Part shown: piece by piece, positions 36,652 through 44,752 of the stretch
Layout of the letters: every line of letters starts with the position of its first letter
Position numbering within the stretch: position 1 is the stretch's first letter
Source of the DNA: a virus
Virus record (IMG/VR): IMGVR_UViG_3300029438_000229
Location: 1 to 64,000 of that record
Length of the DNA: 64,000 nt
Direction: 5' to 3' (one strand)
Position numbers and translations under genes: made by a program
Notes under the pieces: model-generated
Database searches by the model: none
What the model was told of the DNA's origin: nothing
Seen by the model: the letters and a program-made list of their open reading frames with translations, nothing else

Positions 36652-36870
36652 TCAAACCTTTTTGAAATATTTCTCGACAAACTCATCCGGCAGTGTAATG
36701 TGCATCTTATCTGGTCCGGTGAATTCCTTGAAACTCTGCTCGCCGCCGCACCATTCCAAGCGCCAGATGGTCCCGCGCTTTACCCGATATGGAATTTTCT
36801 TGCCATCTGGACCAATAGCATCAAGCCATACATCGAACGGCTTGACGCATTTATAGTTTGTATTGTACAT
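36652..36870 (-). CDS. Hypothetical protein (72 aa)
   Basis: GAGGGG upstream of the ATG. Confidence 0.5.
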   Translation of the reverse strand: MYNTNYKCVKPFDVWLDAIGPDGKKIPYRVKRGTIWRLEWCGGEQSFKEFTGPDKMHITLPDEFVEKYFKKV

Positions 36871-36879
36871 ACTGACCCC

Positions 36880-37344
36880 TCACTTTTTGGGCAGTACCCA
36901 AATCTCAACGTTCACATTCCAAGCGTTGGCAGCTTCCTCGATAAGGTTCAGCACTGTCACCCAGTTTCCGCCTGCCAACCCGCAGCCGAGACCGTAAGGA
37001 ACGCGGAAAGTTGCGTCAGGGTGTTCTTTCATTGCTCTGAAAAGAGCCGTTCCCAGCGCCGCGTAGTTCGTCTGACGCTTATCTCTGCCGAAACTCAATT
37101 GCCCGAACAGGTTAGCAACATACAGCTGCGGGGCGACCTGAACCACCTGAAAGTCACCGAGTTTCTTTGGACTGCAAACTTTCACATATTCGTCGAACAC
37201 GACGGGCCACTTATCCCGAATCTGTCTGGCAAGACCCGCACCCATTGCGGCACGACAGTTCACCTGATGGCAGATGATAGTATTCTCGTTACGAGTCGGC
37301 GGTGTTAAGATATTGCCCTCAATAAGGTTGACACTCATAGTCAT
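36880..37344 (-). CDS. Macrodomain protein (DarG/TARG1-like ADP-ribose hydrolase-like)
   Basis: IICHQVNCRAAMGAGLARQIRDKWP...YGLGCGLAGG. ATGA start/stop overlap with the upstream gene. Confidence 0.7.
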   Translation of the reverse strand: MTMSVNLIEGNILTPPTRNENTIICHQVNCRAAMGAGLARQIRDKWPVVFDEYVKVCSPKKLGDFQVVQVAPQLYVANLFGQLSFGRDKRQTNYAALGTALFRAMKEHPDATFRVPYGLGCGLAGGNWVTVLNLIEEAANAWNVNVEIWVLPKK

Positions 37345-37961
37345 TCACCAATGTCTAAGATTTCGTATTTTCTCGCTGCAAACCCCAGCAGCTCATTGTA
37401 AATGCGAGTCGCGATTTCAAAAAACTCGGTATCGCAGATTTCTTTTCTGCGCAGGAAACGGTTGTCCTTCTGCATTTCCGCAGCGGTATTTGTTACGATA
37501 GCCCAGATGCAGCTGTTAATGACAACGGGTGGCACAATGTCGTCTGCCCAATTCTCAACCGCATATTCGCTGACCGCATATTGCGTGTCATACACCCCAT
37601 CGTTAAGTTTCGCGCTATAAAACTTTGCCTGTCTCTCGCCCATGATGGAGTTTGTGATGCTCCGGGCAGTCTGGATATCTTTGCCCTCCACATTGCAGAT
37701 TTCAGGACCAAAGAAGCCTTTCGTCTTGTTGCTGAGAAGGACAAGCTGCATTGCCAATGCCGTAGCGCACTTGGAGAATTTCTTGGCATAAGTATCCGGT
37801 ATCTCAACAGGAATATATTCAGCCGCAGGACCCTGCAGATAGTATTTCTGTGTATTTTTTTTGTCGTGCGAACTCTCGAACAAAATCGAGGGCAACGCAA
37901 CCATAATTGCTTCATTTACATTTGCTTTAACAGTTCGTAAAACTGCGATATTTGCCAGCAT
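37341..37961 (-). CDS. Hypothetical protein (206 aa)
   Basis: GGAGGG upstream of the ATG. Confidence 0.55.
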   Translation of the reverse strand: MLANIAVLRTVKANVNEAIMVALPSILFESSHDKKNTQKYYLQGPAAEYIPVEIPDTYAKKFSKCATALAMQLVLLSNKTKGFFGPEICNVEGKDIQTARSITNSIMGERQAKFYSAKLNDGVYDTQYAVSEYAVENWADDIVPPVVINSCIWAIVTNTAAEMQKDNRFLRRKEICDTEFFEIATRIYNELLGFAARKYEILDIGE

Positions 37962-37981
37962 TCTTTTACCCTCCTCGCTTT

Positions 37982-38398
37982 TTACTGAGCCTGATATTTT
38001 GCGATAATTCGCCTTGCTTCCCTTTTCGGTACGCCGAACAGAGATACAGCAATTCGACTCAGTTTGTCTTTCTGTGTAGTGTCTGTCAGGACCACAATGC
38101 GATGCATATCATGGATATCAGTAGCGACAACCACCTGAGCAAACCCGATTTTATCTTCAACGAACAGTCGCTTTAATTCTTTTGCAAACTCTTCCTTGCT
38201 CAGTTTAAGCATATAATCACTGTTGATGAACATGTCGAGTGGGAAAATATGCTCGTTATCGAACTCCTTCGGATGCGCATTTGCAAGGTCGAGTTCCGGG
38301 CGGAACATGGTTTTATCATGCACCAAGCCATAAATAATACCGGCTGCTTCGCCACTTTTGCAATCAATTACAAATTGCCCTCGCTGTGCATCAGCCAT
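37982..38398 (-). CDS. Hypothetical protein (138 aa)
   Basis: ATG at 38398 after GGAGGGGA. Confidence 0.55.
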   Translation of the reverse strand: MADAQRGQFVIDCKSGEAAGIIYGLVHDKTMFRPELDLANAHPKEFDNEHIFPLDMFINSDYMLKLSKEEFAKELKRLFVEDKIGFAQVVVATDIHDMHRIVVLTDTTQKDKLSRIAVSLFGVPKREARRIIAKYQAQ

Positions 38399-38834
38399 AA
38401 GTTGTCCCCTCCGCAAGTTTTTCGTATATATTCTGTGTGCGTGTGTTGTTTTCGTCTTTGTGCATGAGCACGACATTTGCCATGCTTGTATAATAGCTGG
38501 CATCACTGTTACCTTCTACGGTAAATTTTATGTTCTGCCCGTTATCGACTACCTCGTAGCTGATGAGTTTACCCGTGACCCACTGATTATTGTACCGGAA
38601 GTATATGTAGTTGTATTCCGTGGCGGCTGTCTCGGGCGTCATGTTTATATCCGAACCAGCCGTCTCAGTAGTCTCTGGGGTTGCCATATGAATGATTTGC
38701 GCAGGCAAGTCCTTGATGCCGTCCATGGTCTTGTCTGCCACCTCACTGCATCCCTCGAACGCTACAGAAATGGTTGCGACAGCAAGAAGGAAGAGCGTTT
38801 TGTGGATGAACGAGAGAAATCGCTTCATAGACAT
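38391..38834 (-). CDS. Putative lipoprotein (147 aa)
   Basis: Signal peptide with a FEGC lipobox-like site. Confidence 0.5.
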   Translation of the reverse strand: MSMKRFLSFIHKTLFLLAVATISVAFEGCSEVADKTMDGIKDLPAQIIHMATPETTETAGSDINMTPETAATEYNYIYFRYNNQWVTGKLISYEVVDNGQNIKFTVEGNSDASYYTSMANVVLMHKDENNTRTQNIYEKLAEGTTYG

Positions 38835-38887
38835 GCCCCTGAAATATCTTCGATGATACGGAATGTTTTGCTTGTTTTGATACTTGC

Positions 38888-38936
38888 ATTATACCATGAA
38901 GTTGTATTGAATACAACGATGAACGCTATATGTTCA
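38888..38936 (-). promoter_or_regulatory. Consensus-type promoter without the GCGAA spacer motif, with upstream inverted repeat
   Basis: TTGTAT-17 nt-TATAAT (38888-38916) and inverted repeat TGAAC-atatagc-GTTCA (38920-36). Confidence 0.5.
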
Positions 38937-38975
38937 CGGATTAGATACATTTTTAGCAAAGCAAAAAACGCCCGC

Positions 38976-39012
38976 AAAAAGAAAAGACCCGCCTGTTAGC
39001 CGCAGGCAGGTC
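38976..39012 (-). terminator. Intrinsic terminator
   Basis: GACCTGCCTG-cggctaa-CAGGCGGGTC followed by TTTTCTTTTT (minus strand). Confidence 0.65.
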
Positions 39013-39199
39013 TTTCTTCGCAGTGAGCGTTTAAGGTCGGCTCAGGACCCTATTCGTCTCTACCGAAGCAACGTCATCAACGCTGTTCAGTATGTTTTAT
39101 TGTATGCCAGTCGCACGGGTCGTCAACTATGTTTTGCAGCGACACAGCAAAAAAGGAGTCTCACCCGCTGATGCAGGCAAGACTCCTAATTGGCTCAGC

Positions 39200-39520
39200 T
39201 TAATCTTCGAGGTCGAAGCTATACCCTTTCTTGTCCATTGTCACGAAGCCATTGCGGGTCTGACATATGCTGTCACCGAAATAAGCTTCGAGGGTCATGC
39301 CGGTGTCCTCGCCATCCAGCCACTGCGGGCGCATATAGGCCGCAAGGTCATACAATACGCCGACTGCGTAGGCAATCAGTTCATCGCTGTTCATCGCTTC
39401 GTTGACCGCATCGTCATCGGCCTCGACAGGGATACCGATGGAGGCGGTAATGGTGTCCGGTGTGTTGTCGTCTAAGTGACGAGTAGCGGTGAGCTCAAAT
39501 TTTAGGATGTTAGTTTCCAT
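39200..39520 (-). CDS. Acidic hypothetical protein (106 aa)
   Basis: ATG at 39520 after AAAGGAGAA. The ORF-track extension to 39847 crosses promoter and terminator. Confidence 0.55.
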   Translation of the reverse strand: METNILKFELTATRHLDDNTPDTITASIGIPVEADDDAVNEAMNSDELIAYAVGVLYDLAAYMRPQWLDGEDTGMTLEAYFGDSICQTRNGFVTMDKKGYSFDLED

Positions 39521-39563
39521 AATATGTTCTCCTTTGTATTGATGTGTGCTTGCTACACTTTCA

Positions 39564-39591
39564 ATTCTAGGCCGTTCGCATAGCTGGTCAA
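39564..39591 (-). promoter_or_regulatory. GCGAA-spacer promoter
   Basis: TTGACC-agctatGCGAAcggcc-TAGAAT with a 16-nt spacer. Confidence 0.65.
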
Positions 39592-39607
39592 CTGCCCAAT
39601 CATCCTG

Positions 39608-39628
39608 AAATCCGACTAGGTCGGATTT
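39608..39628. repeat. Near-perfect 21-nt palindrome just upstream of the promoter
   Basis: AAATCCGAC-TAG-GTCGGATTT. Confidence 0.7.
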
Positions 39629-39650
39629 TCCGAAAATTTCTTTTGGAAAC

Positions 39651-39688
39651 AAAAAAATAGCCCGCACAGAACTGAATCTGTACGGGCT
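39651..39688 (-). terminator. Intrinsic terminator
   Basis: AGCCCGTACAG-attcagtt-CTGTGCGGGCT followed by ATTTTTTTG (minus strand). Confidence 0.65.
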
Positions 39689-39692
39689 GGTA

Positions 39693-40157
39693 TTAGTCAT
39701 GAGGATGTTCGTGGCAGGGTTCAGGCGGCATACCATGCGGGTCAGGCTCAGGGAAGCGGCCATGGTCCCCGATGATTTCCGAAGTACGGATACCGTTCGC
39801 TTTCCGACATGCCTCGATGGTCTTAGAAAGCACTTCCTTGACATCACGCGGATTCTTGATGCGGCGGATGTCGATTTCCGGTGTCATAGCATCCGTAGAG
39901 CAGAGATGGATGCTGCCGACACGGCAAAGGCGCTCATAAAAGTTCTGCTTGAACGCGATGTCCCGGACGCGGTACAGCTGAATCTCATCCTCGCGCAGGT
40001 TAAAGCAGCCACGCTGGATGATGAGTTTGGTCTCGGTCAGGGTGTACTTTGTAAATGACAGTGGCAGAGAAAAGATGGTGTGGCGTTTGCGGTCGGTCCA
40101 GAGAATCTTCTCCTTGTCCAAGTCGATGCCGAACTCGCCGTTTTTGAGGGTGGACAT
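39693..40157 (-). CDS. Bacterial PH-domain (bPH_2/YdbT-like) protein
   Basis: ..KYTLTETKLIIQRG.....EIQLYRVRDIAFKQNFYERLCRVGSIHL.. AAAGGAG upstream of the ATG. Confidence 0.6.
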   Translation of the reverse strand: MSTLKNGEFGIDLDKEKILWTDRKRHTIFSLPLSFTKYTLTETKLIIQRGCFNLREDEIQLYRVRDIAFKQNFYERLCRVGSIHLCSTDAMTPEIDIRRIKNPRDVKEVLSKTIEACRKANGIRTSEIIGDHGRFPEPDPHGMPPEPCHEHPHD

Positions 40158-40316
40158 GGTATGGCTCCTTTCGTTATGGGATTTGTTTGGGTTGTTGGTA
40201 TTTATTAGTTGGTACTGAGATGATTTGAATTATTAACATTATACCATTTGTTTTTGCAATTTTCAATTGTACAAGAGATGGCACAAGGAATTTTCGTTTG
40301 TTCTTATGTTTTTTAT

Positions 40317-41054
40317 TTACATGTTATCTTTATTATCAAAATAATCTGTCACCTTTTTCAAGCTCTCTATACTGGCTACGGTAGAATAAATTTTGTATCC
40401 ATAAGTTTTGTAATCTTGTGGAGCCGGATAGTCAAGCTGTATAAAATTTCCAACTCCTTCGAAAATTGCATAGCAAATAATAGGAATCCCAATTTCAATC
40501 AGCATGTGTTTGTTATCAATTATCTTTCCAGATGCGTTTGAAATCGTCAGTTTGAAATCGTATCCACTTGTTGTATTTTCATGCAAAATTTTATTTCTTA
40601 GATAGTAACATTTTTCCCCAGTAAATCCGTTGTCTGCGAGTGCTTTTCCATCCGGACCACCATTCTCTATTACATATTCATCAAACCATTTTTCATATCG
40701 ATTTCTTACCTCAGTTTTGCCAAAATGGGCATATGCGATTGCTCCACATGTATCGGGCAACGTAAGTGCCAGCTGTAATGCTGCCCCATAAAGACCGAAT
40801 TCCAAGCATAGATGTGCTTCCTTTGCTTTGGCGGCAATCGTATAATAAGTGTACCCATCCGGGCAGTCCAAGCCTGTAATACGCTCTTGACTTTTCAGTT
40901 CATTATAAAACGCATATTCGTTTGGTGCGAAGGGTCCATTTTTGTTTTCGCAGTACATTTCATGATTAACTCTTTGTAACTTTTCGTAGTATTCCGTACA
41001 TATCACGAAGATTCCATCTTTTGTCAATCCCATCCTTTTATCTTTCCCGTCCAT
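40317..41054 (-). CDS. HEPN/DUF4145-like protein (possible Abi-type effector)
   Basis: 245 aa in a visibly AT-rich stretch. Carries an Rx4H motif in the context YYLRNKILHEN. Confidence 0.45.
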   Translation of the reverse strand: MDGKDKRMGLTKDGIFVICTEYYEKLQRVNHEMYCENKNGPFAPNEYAFYNELKSQERITGLDCPDGYTYYTIAAKAKEAHLCLEFGLYGAALQLALTLPDTCGAIAYAHFGKTEVRNRYEKWFDEYVIENGGPDGKALADNGFTGEKCYYLRNKILHENTTSGYDFKLTISNASGKIIDNKHMLIEIGIPIICYAIFEGVGNFIQLDYPAPQDYKTYGYKIYSTVASIESLKKVTDYFDNKDNM

Positions 41055-41081
41055 CTTAGAACCCCCTATCTATATTAAACC

Positions 41082-41178
41082 AAAAACCTCCCACCGCAGT
41101 CAGCATGCTACTGATTACGATGGGAGGCTCAAACCTTTTGTGATAGTCTTATTATACCACGCTTCGTGAATTACTCAA
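41082..41178 (-). promoter_or_regulatory. Promoter plus leader terminator in front of the HEPN-like gene
   Basis: TTGAGT-aattcaCGAAGcgtgg-TATAAT (41151-41178, 16-nt spacer). Then hairpin CCTCCCA...TGGGAGG plus TTTTTGG (41082-41127), then the start codon. Confidence 0.5.
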
Positions 41179-41381
41179 GACCAATCTCAATAATTCAGTC
41201 AATATCCAAGTTGTCAAATTCTTTGTGAGGACGAAGATGCTCTGGACGGATGTATTGGGGTTGGTTCAGGACATCTGTCTCGGCGTTGAGTGCTGATAAG
41301 GACTGCTATAGTTTTTGGGGTGATGGTGGTTACGATGTCATGGTGAGCGCTTGTTACGGTTTTGTTCGTTACTGTGGCATA

Positions 41382-41501
41382 TCAATCGTCGTCATCATCA
41401 TTCTTATCATAGCCACTGCACTCTTCACGATGTTCGCAAAAATCGCAACAGCAATCATCTGTAAACTCACCGGTTTCCCAGCATAAGTCGGTAGGATACA
41501 T
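41382..41501 (-). CDS. Small Cys/Asp-rich protein (39 aa), below the ORF-track cutoff
   Basis: GAAAGGAGG upstream of the ATG. Sequence MYPTDLCWETGEFTDDCCCDFCEHREECSGYDKNDDDDD. Confidence 0.35.
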   Translation of the reverse strand: MYPTDLCWETGEFTDDCCCDFCEHREECSGYDKNDDDDD

Positions 41502-41756
41502 TACAAGACCTCCTTTCACATATCTCTAATTTTTCTCTTCTGATTTGCTCACAAGTTTTTTCGCGACAGATATTCTTCCAATTTTAGATAATCCATAGTT
41601 ATTATACACCATTTCTGTCCTTTTCAAAATGGTTTAGTATATTCTTAGCTTTCTCCTTCACCTTCCTCATATATTCTTCCATATACACCCAGTCAGGCTG
41701 ACCGGTCTTGTCTATGGGAAGCATAATTCTTGCAACATAAAAACAACATCGGTATG

Positions 41757-42893
41757 TCAATTATCCGACTTCACCGCATTGCACTTTTTGCACAGCATCT
41801 GCAGGTTGTTGTCGGTGGTATGCCCGCCCTTGCTCCAAGGAATGATGTGGTCGCCTTCCATATCCTTAAAGGCGTACTCGGTGTTGATGCCATTTGCAAC
41901 GCACAAGGGACACTTGTGACCTTGCCGCTCATAGGCGCGGAGTTTCTGCGACTCAGTGAATGCGCGAAGGGACAGGTGCTTCTCATCGCGCCAAGTACGG
42001 TCAGAGAGGATAAACGGGATGATGCCTGCCTTCTTGGTTACGTCATCATCCAGCACGAGTTTCTTGATGTCAGCTTCCAGAGCGTTGCTGTTGTACTGCT
42101 TTGCATGATACTTGTTGTAGAGCAGTCCCCATGCCTGTGCATCCGTAATTCCCTTCCGTTTCGTCGGGAACAACATCTTCGCCCAGTTGATGACAGACTG
42201 GAAGTAAAGCCAGAGGTCATTGGCATCCTCGTCATGCTGGTGAACCGCCATGTACATCTGCCCGGATTCCAGACCGTCACGGTCAGCAATCCATGCCAGT
42301 GCTTTTTCCAGCAACTCCTGCCGAATCGGGTTGCCTTTCAGGTATCCGTCCGCCATCTTCGCAGCAACGCAGTTGCGTTTCGAAAAGTAGTTTTTGGCAT
42401 CAGCCAGCCACGGTCCTGTGTATGTAGCGTTCAGAAGCTCCTGCGGAGTCAGAACTTCGCCAGCAATGTTAATGCGCTTGAACCATTCCAATTTCTCGGC
42501 TTCAGTGCCTTCGCAGACATAGACCGTCAGCTCATAGTCCAGAATTGCCTGCTTTTCCTCGTTGGTCAAGTTTTGGAAGAACTTGTCGTTGCCATTGATT
42601 TTGATAGGAAAATCCTTGTTAATGTACTGGGCAATAGAGACGGTACGCTGCTGCCCATCAAGAACCTCGTATGTGTCAGCCCCGGTCTTAGACCAGTACA
42701 TGACATTCAGCGGAAATCCGTTCATTACGGAATCGATGACGGCTGCACGCTGCTTCTCCCCGTAAATAAACTCACGCTGGAAGGATGGGCGAATCGTAAG
42801 ACGGTCATTGTAGCCAAAGACACCGCCATCGCCATTATCCTTGTAGTTTTCGACAAGGTCAGATACCTTGATTTTCGTTTCTGTGATTTTCAT
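41757..42893 (-). CDS. DUF262 (ParB-like) + HNH nuclease, GmrSD-like type IV restriction-type architecture
   Basis: N-terminal FQREFIYGEKQR...YEVLDGQQR. C-terminal HNH DHIIPWSKGGHTTDNNLQMLCKKCN. ATGA overlap with the upstream gene. Confidence 0.85.
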   Translation of the reverse strand: MKITETKIKVSDLVENYKDNGDGGVFGYNDRLTIRPSFQREFIYGEKQRAAVIDSVMNGFPLNVMYWSKTGADTYEVLDGQQRTVSIAQYINKDFPIKINGNDKFFQNLTNEEKQAILDYELTVYVCEGTEAEKLEWFKRINIAGEVLTPQELLNATYTGPWLADAKNYFSKRNCVAAKMADGYLKGNPIRQELLEKALAWIADRDGLESGQMYMAVHQHDEDANDLWLYFQSVINWAKMLFPTKRKGITDAQAWGLLYNKYHAKQYNSNALEADIKKLVLDDDVTKKAGIIPFILSDRTWRDEKHLSLRAFTESQKLRAYERQGHKCPLCVANGINTEYAFKDMEGDHIIPWSKGGHTTDNNLQMLCKKCNAVKSDN

Positions 42894-43648
42894 AGTTGTT
42901 TACGACCTTTCTTCTTTTGAGGCGTACACTCTTTTTTAATCTGCTTACGGAGCTTAGCCTCTTGTTGCTCTCGTAATTTCCGTAATGCATCTGACGGTGC
43001 AGCTGTATCCGGTTTTACATCGCCGCCATCCTGATACCACCCGGCAGAATCATGCATTATATCGACGATATATGTTTGACACTCCCCGCCGATACTTTGT
43101 TCTGCGTGATATTGGAATACATCGATGTTCTCAAGAAGGCACCCACGAGTTAATGAAATAGCGTTAGCGAGCGAAAGATTCTTATAGTCGATTCCGGAAT
43201 TCATTATGGCGTGTGCAACATCAGTAATACCGTTATATGAGGCTCCATAAGAGCCAATTTCTGTTGATAAAACAATAGATGATTTGGCAGTGTCGATAGT
43301 GTAAGTACAAGCCATTCTCCCAAATTCTAAATACCCACTAATCTTAAATATTGTGCAGCCGTTACCATTGACGCGGAAGTATTCATTCAATATTTTTAAC
43401 GGCAAATCATCAATGGTGGCTTGCTTCCCATATTTTTTACGTATATCATATAAGAATTGCATTACGGTCAGGTTTTCTCTTACTTTTGCATCGCCACAAT
43501 GGCTTACAACGATACGATTTGGAAAAGGTACTATTTTTTCGGCAGTGTCATCGTATTGAACATGCCCTTTACCATCCCTGCGAGTAGTGCGCGTATCAGC
43601 GCAGACAACAATGCCTTCAGGAACAATAGTATGTATAATCAGTGACAT
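42890..43648 (-). CDS. Proteasome-beta/HslV-like Ntn-hydrolase-fold protein
   Basis: MSLIIH-TIVPEGIVVCADTRTT..., EKIVPF.NRIVVSHCGDA, ..YGASYNG... and ..SIGGECQTYIVD follow the order of proteasome beta-subunit motifs. The start lies 1 nt after the methyltransferase stop. Confidence 0.55.
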   Translation of the reverse strand: MSLIIHTIVPEGIVVCADTRTTRRDGKGHVQYDDTAEKIVPFPNRIVVSHCGDAKVRENLTVMQFLYDIRKKYGKQATIDDLPLKILNEYFRVNGNGCTIFKISGYLEFGRMACTYTIDTAKSSIVLSTEIGSYGASYNGITDVAHAIMNSGIDYKNLSLANAISLTRGCLLENIDVFQYHAEQSIGGECQTYIVDIMHDSAGWYQDGGDVKPDTAAPSDALRKLREQQEAKLRKQIKKECTPQKKKGRKQL

Positions 43649-43649
43649 A

Positions 43650-44693
43650 TCACGCCTCGGCTTTCTTTTGAATGAAAATCCGCTGATAAACCGAATGTAA
43701 GTATTTTCCGTGCTTACTAACACTGTAATCGCATTTACCTTTACCCGGAATTTTTGGGGACATTTTATCTCTCAATGCGCCGGACCCAGAAGGCGAAACT
43801 CCGTCAGTCTTCAAAAATGTGTATTCGCCGTCAGGATAATACACTTCAATTCGGCAAGGCGTATCATCGAACATGGAACCACCAACAATCTCAAACTCAT
43901 CCGGGTTATACTTATCCAGAAATGTGATAGGTACGCCCATAACACCCTTGTAATCCACCGGGATATCCGCAACCCTGTCTACATTGATGGCATCGTAGTT
44001 ATCGTAGTGGGGGTAGCGCTCCTCCGCATCCGGCAAAGGATTCCCGTCATCGTCATAGTACCGCTGCCAGAGAATCAGCTTTTCGTGGCGCTTCTGGATA
44101 TCGAGGTTGGTATACCACAATTTATTCCCGAATTTTTTGATTGTCCCGTCAGGTTGTACGAATTCTTTTACAGAAGAATATCCAAGCCAGACTTCATTGT
44201 TCTTTAGCATCGGGAAAATTTCTTTGTAAGTAATCCAGTTGAGGTCTCCGATGATAACAAATTGCTTGCCATGCTCGCGTAAACACTGGACATAAGCCCT
44301 TGCAAGGGAAAAGGGCGGATTCGTTACCACAATATCGCTCTCATCCAGCAAGTCGAGACATTCCTTGTTTCGGAAATCGCCGTTACCTTCCAGCGGGGTC
44401 TTAACTCCGACTTCCACATTGTTGTCGTCCCCACCCTCGTATTCCATCTTGTAGGTGGGCTCGGTGCGGTCGTAGTGTGTGGAAATCAGCTTCTTTAAGC
44501 CGAGCTCAGCGAAGTTCAGGTGGAAATACCGCCAGAAAGCAGACCAAGTGGGGTCGTCACAGTTACAGAATACAACCTTGCCCGCAAAATGCTTTTTGTA
44601 GTGCCGCAGTTCCTCCGCGACATCCTCGATTCTGGTATAGAACTCGTCGTTCTTAGCGTCTTTCGCTTTATGCAAATTATCGTTCTTTGCCAT
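43650..44693 (-). CDS. N6-adenine DNA methyltransferase (EcoRI-methylase-like family)
   Basis: N-terminal KNDEFYT and catalytic VVTNPPF. GGAGGA upstream of the ATG at 44693. Confidence 0.85.
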   Translation of the reverse strand: MAKNDNLHKAKDAKNDEFYTRIEDVAEELRHYKKHFAGKVVFCNCDDPTWSAFWRYFHLNFAELGLKKLISTHYDRTEPTYKMEYEGGDDNNVEVGVKTPLEGNGDFRNKECLDLLDESDIVVTNPPFSLARAYVQCLREHGKQFVIIGDLNWITYKEIFPMLKNNEVWLGYSSVKEFVQPDGTIKKFGNKLWYTNLDIQKRHEKLILWQRYYDDDGNPLPDAEERYPHYDNYDAINVDRVADIPVDYKGVMGVPITFLDKYNPDEFEIVGGSMFDDTPCRIEVYYPDGEYTFLKTDGVSPSGSGALRDKMSPKIPGKGKCDYSVSKHGKYLHSVYQRIFIQKKAEA

Positions 44694-44706
44694 CTCCGTA
44701 TCCTCC

Positions 44707-44740
44707 AAAAACAAAACCCCCGATGCCGTAACATCGGAGG
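44707..44740 (-). terminator. Intrinsic terminator directly upstream of the methyltransferase SD
   Basis: CCTCCGATG-ttacgg-CATCGGGGG followed by TTTTGTTTTT (minus strand). Confidence 0.65.
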
Positions 44741-44752
44741 CGTAAAAATCAA

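Noticed and set aside
41730-42920. 396-aa plus-strand ORF, and similar long plus-strand ORFs at 32566-33558, 33586-34734, 61416-62528 and 16120-17094
   Set aside because: All are antisense to minus-strand genes with recognisable catalytic motifs or repeats. None has an SD or a promoter.
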